From assembly GCA_038496445.1 (NCBI GenBank), contig JALMLS010000130.1:128606-192605 (forward strand): a stretch of 64,000 nt of DNA, in the 5' to 3' direction. Position 1 is the first letter of the stretch; each line of letters starts with the position of its first letter. Position numbers and translations under genes: made by a program. The notes under the pieces were generated by a model. It did not search any database and was not told the origin of the DNA. It was given only the letters and a program-made list of their open reading frames with translations. The DNA comes from Trichosphaerium sp. ATCC 40318 (Eukaryota; Protista; Tubulinea). This document shows positions 36,706 through 49,988 of the stretch, one piece after another.

Positions 36706-38123
36706 TTATTCAGTACAGACCTTCCTTGCAACATCAATGTTTCTTTTCAGTGCTTGAGAGTACACAAAAAAATCGGCTGAGTATGCAATCATGTTGTACC
36801 TAGTAAATGAAATGAGCAAAAGGAATAAACACATTCAGGTCCATAGCAAAAAAAACAAGCTTTGTAGAGCCATCAACATTCTCAATGCAACTTAATGTCA
36901 TGTAACTATTATGTACTTACCCAAGTCCTACCCATTGCTTCAGTTCTGTTTCTTTTACTGGGAATATACCAGAGTATTTTCCATTCGTTTTTGCTGCTTT
37001 TTGAATGTGCTTTAAAGCATTGATAAAGCGATCTTCATTGAAAGGATCACTTGAGCTTTGAAGAATACCCATATCAGCTGTTAGATCCATTTGACCAGGC
37101 CAAAGGCAATCAACGCCTTAATTTTGAAGAAACAATAAATTAGCACGTGGTGACAAGAATGAAAGAAAATAAGCTTTAAAAAAAAGTGTCATAAGCGCCT
37201 TCAAAAGACATTATTTGCATACCTTCTACCTTTGCTATTTCCTCACAGTTTTGAACAGCTTTTTCACTTTGGTATTTAAGTACGTAATCAAATAGCAATA
37301 AATGGAACAAAGAAAAAAAAAAGTCACACCTTTCTATTTGACAAATCACAAACGTGTCATCATTAGCTTCTTTTAAGAATTTTGTTCCATTTTTAGGTGG
37401 CGAAAAGTTATTCTGAGCACCTCCAAGGATGACACCTCTACGACCTGTATACAATAAGATATTGAGGAACCTAACTTTTTTTTCTACCTTGAGGAGGATA
37501 CTTCGCATATTGTACAATACGCCTTGCTTGCTCAGCATCCTGTACTCGCGGTATCATCACGCCACCAGCACCAGCGTCAAGAACACGTGCAATAAAATCG
37601 TACTGTGTATCAGGAACACGAACAATAGGAGTAACACTAACACCTACAAACAAATCTTATTAGAACTTCTGTGACATCCAAAACGATGCAAATTTACAAC
37701 CCACGTGCCTGAAAATAAAGCGAGAGTGGTACGCAAACTGTCGATGCTGAAGCAGCTAAATGGAGCTTAGTACAATAGAACCAAGATGAAAACGAACCCA
37801 TGTTCCATATCCAAAACAACGAAGTCAGCTCCTGCATTCTATACAAAAGTTATTAAACTAACACCCCAACGGTTTTTTCACCTGTACTATCCTAGCAATA
37901 CCGCTTGTCGCAAATTCTAGAACGAAATGGCCTATTGGGATCTCCTTTCGCTTTAACTTTGAACGTAAAGACGCCGATGGCACGTGATAGCTATTTGCTA
38001 CACGATGTAATCATTTAAAGAGTGAATGAATGTTATGTATCTTGTACCTCTTTTAGTAACCTTATTTGCGGATAGTTTAACATTTTGACTGTATACACGT
38101 GGTTTCATGGCACGAAGAAACAT
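36706..38123 (-). CDS. HpcH/HpaI-family class II aldolase with a putative mitochondrial presequence, multi-exon
   Basis: AGADFVVLDMEHG, TPIVRVP...IARVLDAGAGGVMIPRV, AKYPPQGRRG, VICQIES, GVDCLWPGQMDLTADMG; Arg/Lys-rich, acid-free N-terminus. Confidence 0.92.
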
Positions 38124-38352
38124 CGTTTGAGTGGACAAAGCGGTTTTACAGTTGAAACATTGCTTAACCGACGTTAAGTTAACTTGAACATGATGGAAGC
38201 CTAGACTAAAGACAAGGTTGTACAATTTTCATGGACGTTGAGGCCGATGCCTAGAGCTCCTCTTCCACTCAGTATCACGTGTTCCCAGTATTTATTAAAA
38301 TTCTATTTTACAGTTTTTATTTGGGTTGTTTTTTTTTTTGTTTTTTGTGCTT

Positions 38353-41300
38353 TTACATATTAGTTGTTAACCATTTCTCAGCTAGCTCTATTATACGCGG
38401 TTGGTTATATTTTTGTGCTTCATATTTAACCTTTCTTATCAGATCTGGTGAGCCTACATACAAAGTTAGAACGTTTCAGTGCCAAATTGAACCGCAATTT
38501 GTTGTTTTTGAATTAACACTTGTTCCTCAGGCACGTACGTAGTTGGGCTGCCATTGTATATGCTGTAGTAAATCTTTTGCACATGAGTAGACCAGTTACT
38601 CTAGATTCTTGTAACCTAAGCTTACGAACATACTGGCTGTCTGCTGTCTTCGATTCATTAATATCACAAAGACCTAAATAACAAAATTAAAAAAAAAGAC
38701 TATGTGAGCAGAACAGAAAAAGTTCAACTAATTCATTATAACGTTAACAAATATCTAAGAAACGCTCAAATACAAAGCAATTTCCAGCCAAAAGGGAAGT
38801 CACAGTGGCACGTTTTTGAATAATAAAAAAAACAACTTTCAAAAAAAAAAAGGTGAAATAAAGTACCCTTGATTACAGCCATAACAACACCGTCCCATTC
38901 AGCATCAACAAGAAGAGCTGATACTGCTTTAAGTATTTCATTTATCTTCTTTATTTGCTTCTTAGATGCAACGATATTCAGAGCTTTAGCGTAAATATCT
39001 GCCTTTGGAAGCTGAAATTCCTACAAAGAAAAAAAAAAGGTTAGCTCGCTGTAACAACGAAGTACTTCTTCTTTGGTTGCAAATAATACGAAAAAAACCG
39101 GTGATGTTTCTTTCTTTAGTAAAAGGTAGTACTAACATACTTGTATGATATTAAAAGCGAGATGTTTTCCTCCATTGGCTAATAAAAATATTGCAATTTC
39201 TTCAACGAAACAGTTAGCAAACACGTTGTTGGTCAACACAATGATGATAAAAATAAAGATTTTCGATGTCTCGGATTTTTTATGTACCTGCTCTCTTTTC
39301 ATTATCTTGGAATAATCCACCACGTGGTGTTTCTCTTATTTTTTCTTTTTGATAAAAATTCTCAACTTGTAGCTGTAATTGAACGCTCTTTAACATTTGA
39401 TTAACATCACTTAATGACATTGTATCATCTCCAGCAAATCCTTCTTTTGTGTATTGATCCATAGCATTCGAGTAGTGTTTCTAAGTTCATCATTAAAAGA
39501 GAAGGCACAAAGACATGTTTAAGCGAAAGGAAACAGCTCTTGACTTGAAAGGTAAAAAAGAAACAAAACTTGGATGGATGGATGTGTACCTTTGCAAGGT
39601 TGAGGTATCTCATTTGAACAGCTTTATCAGATGTTCTTCCATACATATCAATAGCTGTTTGACCTGCTGCAGCGTAATCTTGAGTTATATTTTGAAATTC
39701 AAACAATAATTGATACATCTCTTTTTTTAAAAGGTATGCACAAACTGTCTTCATGTATTGTGATACTTGAACACGAAGTCTTTTATTCCCTTTAATAGAA
39801 AAAATACGTGAGTATGTAGTACACATAAACCAAGTAAAATAAAGATTTCCTAAGTAAAGGAACACCATATTTTCGAAAAAGTGTAAAGAAGATAACAAAG
39901 TCAAAAGCAAAGAGTTTTTTGTTTGTTTGGTGTCGTACGTTGTCTGTCAACGATGAACTGTTTGAATCTATCCAATAGATTATTCTTAAGTATGACTAGT
40001 ACTACATTTAAGAACATTTCATTTGAGAGCTTGCAAGCAAGCACATAATTAAGCGCTTCTTCAACATATAAATGTCTTAGCCAAAAATCAATAAGTTCCT
40101 GTTTGCTAGCATAACGTTGTAGGTAATATCTTTAATTAGTTAAGAAATACCAAATCATATCCTTACTGGATAATCAACAGTGATAAATACAATCAAACAG
40201 CACAATAGTGAGATTGATCAGACTTTTTGGTTAAAAAAAATTCCGAAAAAAACAAAAAAGAAGGATACACGCATTGCATATATCGCGTATTGTCATCATC
40301 AAAAGGGCTTCTACGTACGCCCTTTAGACTCTGCTTCCTCTGTGACGTAGTTCTAAATATGTATTACACAACTAACCATGGTAACCAAGCGTTAAAACAA
40401 AAAAAGTGTACACTTGTAGGGCGTTGAGGTATGAGTCTAAAGATGCTGAAGAATCAAATCGTTTACGCTTAGTTTGCTTTGTTGCATTTCTTAGACGTTG
40501 ATAAAGCTCGGTATGCTTTGCACGAAGCTTTTCAAGACTAGGTCCTGGTTTAGACTCCAAAATCTGAACAATCTTCATCAATATTACTTTGACAGCTACT
40601 TTCGAAGCACCATCATCACTTTGAGGCACTATTAGGTGTAATGTTAGTAATCAAGTGTATTCTATGAACATGATATGTCGACAAACTTGACAAAGTTGAC
40701 AAAGTTGTTGGAAAAAGAAGTTGAGAAATAAAGGTACCCAAGCATTTCTCAAATATGGCTTTAGCATCATTGAAAGCTCCTACTTTTAACTTTTGTAAAC
40801 CTTCTGCCGCCAGTACAGGCATCACATCTATTTCACATTTCAATGCAACAGACTTGGCTAATGAAAGGCGCTCTGCAGCAATAAGACGGTCTCTGAGTTG
40901 CCTAGAACCAAAGTTAAGTTCGGTGTTCAAAAAACAAATCAAACTCACTTTGCTTTCGCAGGATCAGTGAATGTCTCTAATCCAGCAATCTCTAATCCAT
41001 CCTCTCCAGCAATATTCTCAGACAGCAATAGTAATAATAATTGAACACGGTCCAGGTTTAAGTCACAAGCAGCTGCTTTTTCATCTTGCAAAGCATCATT
41101 GAATCTTTTTTGTTAAAATTTTCGGTTAGAATTACTCCACATGTACTGCTATTTACCTCAGCTTAGCGTAATGTAGGATCCTCTTTATAGCTTGTGTAAT
41201 GAGAAGCCTCTCAGATAGAATAGGAAGCTTATTGGACATCTTAACGCACATTTCAACGCATTTATCACCAGCCTTTAAGAAACCAGTTAAGTACAACATA

Positions 41301-44300
41301 ATCAGCAGTTTATGCAATGACATACCGTTAAAGCATCATAACAAAGATCGCATAATGCAATAGCAAGTTGTACATTAGGTGTCTTTTTGTAGAAATGATG
41401 TTTTCTGACTTCAATATAGTTACTTTCATCAGTAATCCAAAACTTTCCGTCCAACTGCAACACAAAGCCTTCAGATAAACGACGCTGCCTACGTTTCCTC
41501 CTAAATAACGATCATTAGTTCCTGTACTATTTAGTGTTTATCTGATCATTAAAACAATGCATACCCTCCAAGTTGAGATGTAGCAAGGGCCTTGGAAGCA
41601 TATTCTAATACCATCTTGTCATCCTTGAAAAAGAATTATGTAAAGCACATAAAAAGATAAAAGACAGTTCGTTGTTCATTCTGTCTCGTACTCTGCTTGC
41701 TGGTAGATTATCGAAAATAGTTTCTACGAGCTTTGTTTGTTCAGACATAAGTAGAGACTCAATTATTCTCTTCGGATGATTAATATGACACTGATAACGT
41801 TGTTGGACATCAGGAGGTAATAAGAGTAGTATCTACGATAAAAATATAAGCTTTTTGTTCATTCAAGGCATGTGATCTAAAGTATGAAAAATGGTAAACC
41901 GATTTAGATTAGGCTGTACCTTTATACCCATCTCTTTTGCTCCAAGTGAAACAGTTTCAGAAGATGAATCTTTTTGATCAATGAGGTATTGTGTGAGGAA
42001 CAACCTATTTTGTTTCAGTTAGCCTCGGTATCACAATATTGTTGATAATACCTTAGTTGATTATCCGCAACTTGATCTAGTAGCTTCTCTGCAATAGGAA
42101 TTGAAGCATCTCCCATTTTTGACAATCTGTCCCTTACTTTTCCAATATCTAAAGGACGGTTTAGCGATTGTAATTCTTAGTGTCTATTTTAAACATTTAC
42201 ATACCTCGTTGCTCTTTGAGTAAGTACAGTATGTAATTCTCCTCTATTGAAGGTTTCATTTCTTCAAGGCCAAAGAGATCAGCAGTCTTATATCACTAAG
42301 TTAGAAGACAAGATAATCAATGTTAAATTAATTTAAAATTGTCACCTTTCGGGCAAGATCATATTCTCTTATACTTGTGAGAGCATTCACAACAGTCACA
42401 GGACTAACGTTAGATATAGAATCAATCTCTTGCCAAGTTGACCACTTGTCTACCTTGGCCAAAATTTCTCTGGTAAAAAAAAATTAGCACAAAAAAAAGG
42501 AGCAGTTGTCCTGAAAAAACTTTGAAAGAACAACCACGTACTTAAATGTAACAAGCTTATTGTATTTTTCATCAATATTAGCTGAAGAATCTACAGTATC
42601 ATCTGCAAGTTCGCATTTGCACATGTACAACATATCACTGTCCAAAGTTAACGAATTAAAAGAAGTTCACACTGGGTAGAACGTACATTGCTGTATCTAT
42701 AGTCCAATGGTTTATATGTTCAAGTACTAGACGTGAAGCTTCTACATTGTTTGATAGACGCATTATGTATTGCCATACTTGAGTTTTATCCTTAGTCTCC
42801 TTTACAAGCATTTTTAGATGTTCATCAGATGCACCTCCTATTGAACAATTAATTATTGAAAAAAACTGTATGTAAAAGATGTAACAGCAAAGAACACCTC
42901 TTCGTTCATTCTTAATTATCAAAATGGCATTAAACTACTTTTATAGCGTATTTATAAATATCAAGTAACTCATTTTATAGAGACAGAAGCTCAAAGAATG
43001 CTTCGAAGAATAGAAATATTGAAAAATTCAAAAAGAAAGTACGGACCTTCAAGCTGTTCATCTGCAACATTTACTGCTTCTTTAAGATAACCTTCCAGTA
43101 TCATATTCTCTACAACACGCTTATAGAATGATTCTCTCTTTTTTTCATCCTCTGATAAAATACATTGATAGAACTCTTTCTCATCATCAGAAACACCTGC
43201 CTCGGACTTCTTTGAGAATTTTGGCTACAACATCACATTAACCCAACATTTGACTTGGTTTTTAGTATAATAAACATACCTGCTTCTTTTCAAGCTTCTC
43301 TATGTCAGTAGAAAGGTTTTTAACATCATACTCTGATGCAAGAAATTTCGGTACTTTATCCCAATTGTTTCTAACAAAACCGGCGTGGTATACACCTAGA
43401 TCCTTAGCTTTTAATTTTATCCAATTGTGTAAAGCAGGATAAGGCTTGACAGAAGTTATTAAGCATATTTAACACCAGATAAGCAAAGATACCTTTGATT
43501 TTTCAAGAGCTAATTGTAAAAACTCGTCTCCTAGCTCTGAAGTTTGGTTGTACAAAACACAAAGTAGCGTAGAAAGTACTGGATGTCGTTGGCCTAAAAC
43601 AACATAAGATATCGACTAAAGCTGTTATATGTTATTAAATATGTACCTATATATTCTGCAAGTTCTCGGTTGACACTAAACTTCTCGTCTTTACCTTTAA
43701 AAACAGTGTAAATATTAGAGCCTTACAAAAGAAAAAGCGCACTTAAACGCTCTAGTTTTGACTTTGGAAGAGAACTCCTTCTATAAGATGCAAGCTTAAC
43801 ATCATCTCTTCGCGTAACATGCGCAGAAGGACGTGTTTTTGGAGATTGAGGTCCTGAAGATGAACTGAAAGCCGCAGATAAATCTATACTTGGTTCTTTT
43901 AGGTGAGAAACAATAACAGTTGTTAGATCAACACCAAGGTAATTAGCGAGATTTTCTGCTCTCTTGTCTTGTATTGTAAAGGAATATCAATAGAATATAA
44001 GGATGTGAAGAAGAAAAAAAAAGATAAGTGTAGAGGATACAATCCTTTGAAACAAAGACAAGTTCTGACAATATCGTGTTGAAACTTTTTTTCAAATGTT
44101 GCAGATAATTCTGAGTCCTAACCAAGATTAGTAAGTTTGCGAATAATCTAATATACACTACTATGTGTTGTTTGTTTATAAGCGTACCCATATATTGGAT
44201 CATCTTCAAGTAAGTCTCCAAGGGAGAGCAAATGTTTGACGAATTTGTATAGATACGTTTCTGGACGTACTTCCTCATCTTGCTCATTGACATACTTTCC

Positions 44301-47300
44301 TAGCTTCGTTACAATTCCTTGCAACACTCCTTTAGTGTTAGCAGTAAAATCTAAACAACCAATAAGCCTCAGACCACCAACAAGCTACCAAAACACTTTG
44401 TTTTTAAACAAAATTCTTACCATCTTCGCAAGCTTTTGTGAGCGCTTCAGATGCTTGGTTAAGTACTTCTCTACGCTCCAAATATGTGACGAGCTCATTA
44501 TTATCAACAGGAAAGTTTTCAATAGAAGAAACTCTACTCATGATATTCTCAGGAAGATCCAAATTTGCATCATTAAGGGTAACCAGTCTATCAATAAAAT
44601 TCCTAAACTTTGGTATGAACGGAAGAATCTTCTCATGCTGCCCAATCTCGCTTAGAGAAAGTTCCTCGTGCTCTTTCAACAAAGATTTGGCTTGTTGCAA
44701 TAGTTGCTAAAGGTAATGTTAGATCGGATCGGCCAATTGAGAAAGAGGAGCTGATGTTCGGGTTCTTTTTTAAGAGGTCGATGTTCGGGTTATTTTTTAT
44801 GGTGTTTTCTCAGAAAAAAATGGGAATGAAGCGTACCCCACACTGTTCTTTTGATCGGCCTGTGCATAGAGCTAAATCGACGCTCACAAAGAATTTTTCT
44901 AGGCTTGATAAACTTGATCCCATATCATCTGAAATACAAGTAAGAAAAAACCGTCTATACAAAAATAACAGACCAACGCTTGGAGCTTCTTTTCCGTTCT
45001 CTTCCAGCTTATAAACAATCTTATGAAATTCATCTGCAAGTGTTATAGCATCAGTTTGTCTCTTTGAAAGCTTGTAAAAAGATGCAACCTCCTTTGCTCT
45101 AGTTCATAAGTATTAGCTAACAAAACTACTTTCCTCTTCGGCAAAAAAAACCAACTTACTGAACAAACTTTTTCTCACGCATACACATAACCAGAAGTGT
45201 ATCAGGTGATGCAAGTAATAAGTTAATGAACCTGTGTCCAGAATCCTAAGTCACTCATGAGAAGACTTTGATTAAAAGGATTGGTTGTACCTGAGATGCT
45301 ATTGACAGATTTGACAAAAGGTTTACTCTCCATTCAGCTTCTTCAACATTTTTCCTCAATAACTTCGCCTTTGATTGTGCTTGTATACCTTCAAGGTCAC
45401 TATTGATAATCGGGGTAAATAATTGCTTATAACCTTGGGAAAGGTACGCTTACTCAACAGCGTCATCATCATTATTGTCAAAATGAACATCCTCCATACA
45501 TTCTCTTATTAAGCGTAGAAGAGGTTTAATGATATTAGGTGTAGAGACAAAGTAATCCTCTTCGCCTCTAGTACTATAATTAGTGGGGAAAGACAACTTG
45601 GTGGGCACTATTGACCGTGAGGTCCGGGTTGGTGTCCATGACGTACAATTTGCGATTTTGCTCAATGAAAAATTTTGCCAACTCGTTATCTTTCCATGCG
45701 CTGGCTTTCAGGAACATGAAGCAGTACATAGCATCTAATATACCAACACGAATTCTTGGATCCTTAATTTACAAAATTTAACAACAAAGTACCAAAGAGA
45801 ACTGTAAAGAACAAAAACGTACTGTTACTCTAAGTAAGTGTTTTTTAGAGTTGGCTATTTTATCGTCTATTGAGTCTTGAGAGACCTCTCCTTTTACAGC
45901 TAAATCAAATAATTGCATAATATACTGCATAGTATAATATGTGTTTATAAGTTGTAATTCTTGGAGCCTATCTTTAACCATCTATAAAATGTGTAACCGT
46001 GAGAACGTGTTCGCTTTTTTTTTCTTTTTTTTTTTGAACATAAAAAATATTATTGCAGAGACAACAGAATTAAATCTCTGTGGCTCTTTGCATGGCTGAT
46101 TTTGTATGGACCTGATATACCTGTACAACAGAATTATCGTACAGGTATATCAGCACAATATCCAATCCAGACACGAACAAAATTAGTTCGTGTTCGAATC
46201 ACTCATCTTTCTATAAAAGAGTGATTCAACCTCATTTAATGAAGAGACGTGGATGGACCTCTTTAACATGCCTTTTTCATAAATAACATAATTACCCAGT
46301 TCATATGTATATCCGAAGAGTCTCCAAAGTCTAATAATACCTGTGCAGAACTGTTTGGATTTTGTTCAAGCATCTTAGTCAATTCATCCGCAGGTATGTC
46401 TTGAACATACTTGCGAAGAACATAAAGGACAGAGTGGGTTTTCAGGGCGTTCAAGACAATGTTGGGCACAGAGGGATGACTCTTGGCATAAGTTTTGTCA
46501 CCTAAATAGATAAGTAAGTCAACGAGCTCGTAAGTAAAGGTTGCAGCTCGTTTGGTACTTACCAATTATAACGTCTGCTGTAAGTGATAATTGTTTAAGT
46601 TTGTCTGTACACCAACGCGCTAATTTAGTATGATAAACTAAATTACGGCATTTTAGAAGCAAGTGTTTGTCTTGTAACTAAAACAAACACAAATGAGATA
46701 AAATCCTGTCAGTGGAACAAGCTTTGCCACTTTCTCTTAAATCAGTGTTAAGTAAAATACCTTCGTGTCTTCAGACCACAGTAAGCTTATCAAAGTTTCT
46801 CTTGCTTCCATGTCATCTTCATATCTATGCCTTTGGAGATATGTTAGACTCAGCAAGTAAAATATAATGAAGCTTTAGGTAGTTCAACTAGTGCTCTTAG
46901 AAAGCGTACCAGGTCATTAGAAGAACAAGAGGTTTTAGCAATGGGAATGGCTTCAATAGTCTTCCGCAGTCCTCGAATCTTGCAGCGTCGAAAAAGGCCA
47001 TGCACTTTGTAATAACGAATTCCATACAATGAACGTTTGAAGTACGAAGAAAATCATAGAATCTACTCCAGAAAGCATTTAATTCAGCTTCAGTTGCCTC
47101 ACCTTCACCGCTCTCAAAAACCTACGTAAAACATGAATAAGATATTATTACGCTAGTATTTTCAGAGCAAAAGTCTCGAGAAGGTTCATCATAAAGTTTG
47201 TGTACCTCAAAGGCTCTAGGCATATCATTTTCTGCTTCTACTTTTGGCATGTGCTCAGATCCTAGCTCCTTGAATCTCATTAAAGCATAATTCTTTCCTT

Positions 47301-48576
47301 TAGGTAAACTCAAGAAGGCGCAGTATACACTAGCACGCCAATATTGTCTACATCACTAGTAAGACGAAAAACCAAAAAAAAACCGCTTCACCTAATATTG
47401 GCTTCTCCTTCCTTTTGCTCTTCAGTATCAAGGACTTTTACTTGTTTCTCAAGTTCATAAAAAGTATCAAGTAATTTCTCACAGAGTACATCGAAGTTAT
47501 CTGGGCAAGTATCCTTGGTAACACGTTAGAATATTTGCAATGTAATAAATAACACGTACTTTGCTAAAATACAGATTTTGAATAAAACGACACGCTTGTT
47601 CCAAGTCTTCCTGCTCAACATGCTCTAATGCTATCGATGTAATTATTTTATACAACTTTCTTGTTGTATCTCTACAGTTAGATGCCTCTGAGCAGAGGGT
47701 ATGACAAAGAGCTTGGCCTAAATGAAAAAAGTTACAAAAAATGTGCAATGTGTCAAAATGTTTTCATTGAATTTCAAGTGTCAAAATTACGTACCGAAAT
47801 TTGGTTCCAATGAGAAAATATTCCTTAAATTGTCTAAGCAGAAGCTAGATAATGTAGATACGCTTTCTTCAGTTGAACTTGGAGACGTGAAGAGACCTTC
47901 TTGTTGTAATACATATCTACGATAACGCCTCAACTCTGGACCTAGTTTGTCTTTTACAACCTAAAAAAATATTACATCGAAATCAGGCAACCATACTACA
48001 CTCGCAACTGATACTACAGTCGAAGGATTTTTTTTCTAAAACTACACAGAGTGACACGTACATCATTGACACTAGACTTGCTGAACAACAAGCGATGTAA
48101 TAAAATTTCGAACTCTATCGCTGCTTTGCGCTTGTGGGCTATTGGAGGTAAGTTTACGCCCTTCTCTCCGTTCTACAATCACGTTTAGCTCAAGCACTTA
48201 CCAATTAAGTTGTTTTGTACCTCTATTTTATCATCTTCTAGTTTTTTGTATTGGTCGTATTCTGTTACGCACAACCAAGCCAGGTGCGCCTTTGATGGCG
48301 CACTTTCAGAACTCAACCTGTAATAGACGTTAACAGTTTGCGTGATACCTCAGTTAGCCTAATATAGGCGCTGTTTTATGCGTGCCAACTATCTGGTACA
48401 TCTGTAGTTACAAGTTTACGTAAAAGGTTAAGAGCAGTCTCGCTGTCATGTTTATAAAGCTGCAGGAGTGTTGCGCGAGCTAATTCGAACTGACCAAGCG
48501 ATAAATAGTTAGAGAATAATGTAACTAGCTGAGAACCAAGTTCCGCTGAAAGAAACGAGTAGTGCTTGTTTTCCAT
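38353..48576 (-). CDS. ZFYVE26: Spastizin / ZFYVE26 (SPG15) homologue, about 40 exons, apparently lacking the FYVE finger
   Basis: N-terminal YLSLGQFELARA; C-terminal QLRDRLIAAERLSLA, CVYYLQRY, YQLLFEFQNITQDYAAAG, LAFNIIQEFQLP, FTTAYTMAAQL...ELAEKWL match the ZFYVE26 termini. Confidence 0.88.
40130..40268 (-). other. U12-type (minor spliceosome) GT-AG intron
   Basis: Donor GTATCCTT; TTTCTTAAC 9 nt before the end of the terminal AG. This donor restores the frame MQCV|YYLQRY; the GT 2 nt upstream gives a stop. Confidence 0.85.
43968..44040 (-). other. Probable U12-type GT-AG intron
   Basis: Donor GTATCCTC; TTCCTTTAC 8 nt before the intron end; restores SKD|YKRAENLANYLGVDL. Confidence 0.7.
45982..46230 (-). 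other. Highly structured 249-nt intron with four hairpins (candidate ncRNA or small foldback element)
   Basis: Inverted repeats at 46196-46227 (9 bp), 46171-46193 (8 bp), 46112-46153 (15 bp perfect) and 46056-46080 (6 bp). Confidence 0.7.
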
Positions 48577-48952
48577 GGATTACAACGACTGTGGATTAAG
48601 AAAATGCTAAAGCCATCAAAATATGTTGGTAATGGAATACAAATACTATCTTCCACTTGTAGAGCCAGTTGAAATAGTGGTGGCAATTTTCTAGACTTAA
48701 TGAGTTTGACACTTTCGCTGGCTCAATGCTAATTGTGGTACACCAGCCGATTGTACTGCGAAACAGTGTTACACTTCATTTAAGCCAGAACTTACGTTTC
48801 ATTTCAACAGCCACAACGCACTGGTCAATTCATGCGAATAGTAAGACGTTTATATTCACACCAAACGCATTTTGCTAAGAGTGAACCTATACCAACGCCA
48901 GAAAGTGCGCTTTTCCCTCTTCAAGCCGTTTCATCGATAGGAAGAGGGCTAA

Positions 48953-49766
48953 ATGACAGAGTACGAGCTGCGTTACCAAAAACTCCATAAACTGGAGCCA
49001 AGAGTACGCCAATGGGCGAATATCAAAGCTATGCTCTCAGGGAAAGAAGCTAACAAACCGAATTTGTGTTTTAAATGTTGGCTGCAAAATAATTTTTGCG
49101 ATTGTGAGAGCTTTAATCAAAACAAAACTGTCTTAAAAAACAAGCTTAACATTATAATGTTGCTACACAGCAAAGGTACGCGGTTATTTTAAATTTGTCG
49201 CGATTTACGCTTAAACTAATTTAGAATACCTGCGAGCAACGAATACGGGCATTGTGGTTACTAAAGTACTGTCTAAAAACTCTCAGAGCTTCTTGTACGG
49301 AAAAGAGGAGCATGACAAGGAGTTCGAAAAGCTACTTGAACGAGTGGCGCCAAGGACAGTAGTATTGTACCCAGCTTCAAATGCCATAACCGTTTCAGAG
49401 TTTAAATCAAAAATGCGAGACAACGAACAGCAGTTAGGCGTAGACGATCTAAATATACTGGTTCTAGATGGTATGCAAACGTTGTAGCGTATGTTGTACT
49501 CAAAAACTTACATACTTGAAGGAACATGGAATCAGGCGCGTAATATGCAACGCAAGCTCCCTGCAGACATCACGTACCTTAAAATGGACCAACAAATGAT
49601 GAGTGTTAGTCCTATGAGAAAACAGGGTCAACAAGGTCGTATTACAACTGCAGAGGCTGTTTTACTCCTACTACGCGAACTAGGAGAGGGTGATGCAGTT
49701 GAGAAACTTACCAATGTATTAACAGAGAGAATATCAAAAGTACTCGAACAAAGTGGAAAGAAATAG
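48953..49766 (+). CDS. DTW-domain tRNA-uridine aminocarboxypropyltransferase (DTWD2/TapT-like); start may be at 48832
   Basis: CFKCWLQNNFCDC, LLHSKEYLRATNTG, VVLYP, VLDGTWNQA, TTAEAV. Confidence 0.88.
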
Positions 49767-49988
49767 ACCATACCTACCTATAATAAAACGCAGAGTCCAC
49801 TTGTATACAACTGGACGCGTTTTCTCTCCCTCAACACAACTGTAGTGCAAGAAAAGTAAGTTTTTAAAAGAACCCTTTCTTGGTTCGCCTTTGGCGTACT
49901 GTCGTCGCGTTATTAATTATGGAGGTTGTAGACGCGGTAATATGGGAAAGGATGGTAAGTTGTTGAGCACAAAAGAAATCAGTTTTTT

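Noticed and set aside
41000-42000. Nucleosome-scale periodic CpG clusters
   Set aside because: No periodicity was evident by eye; an autocorrelation test would be needed.
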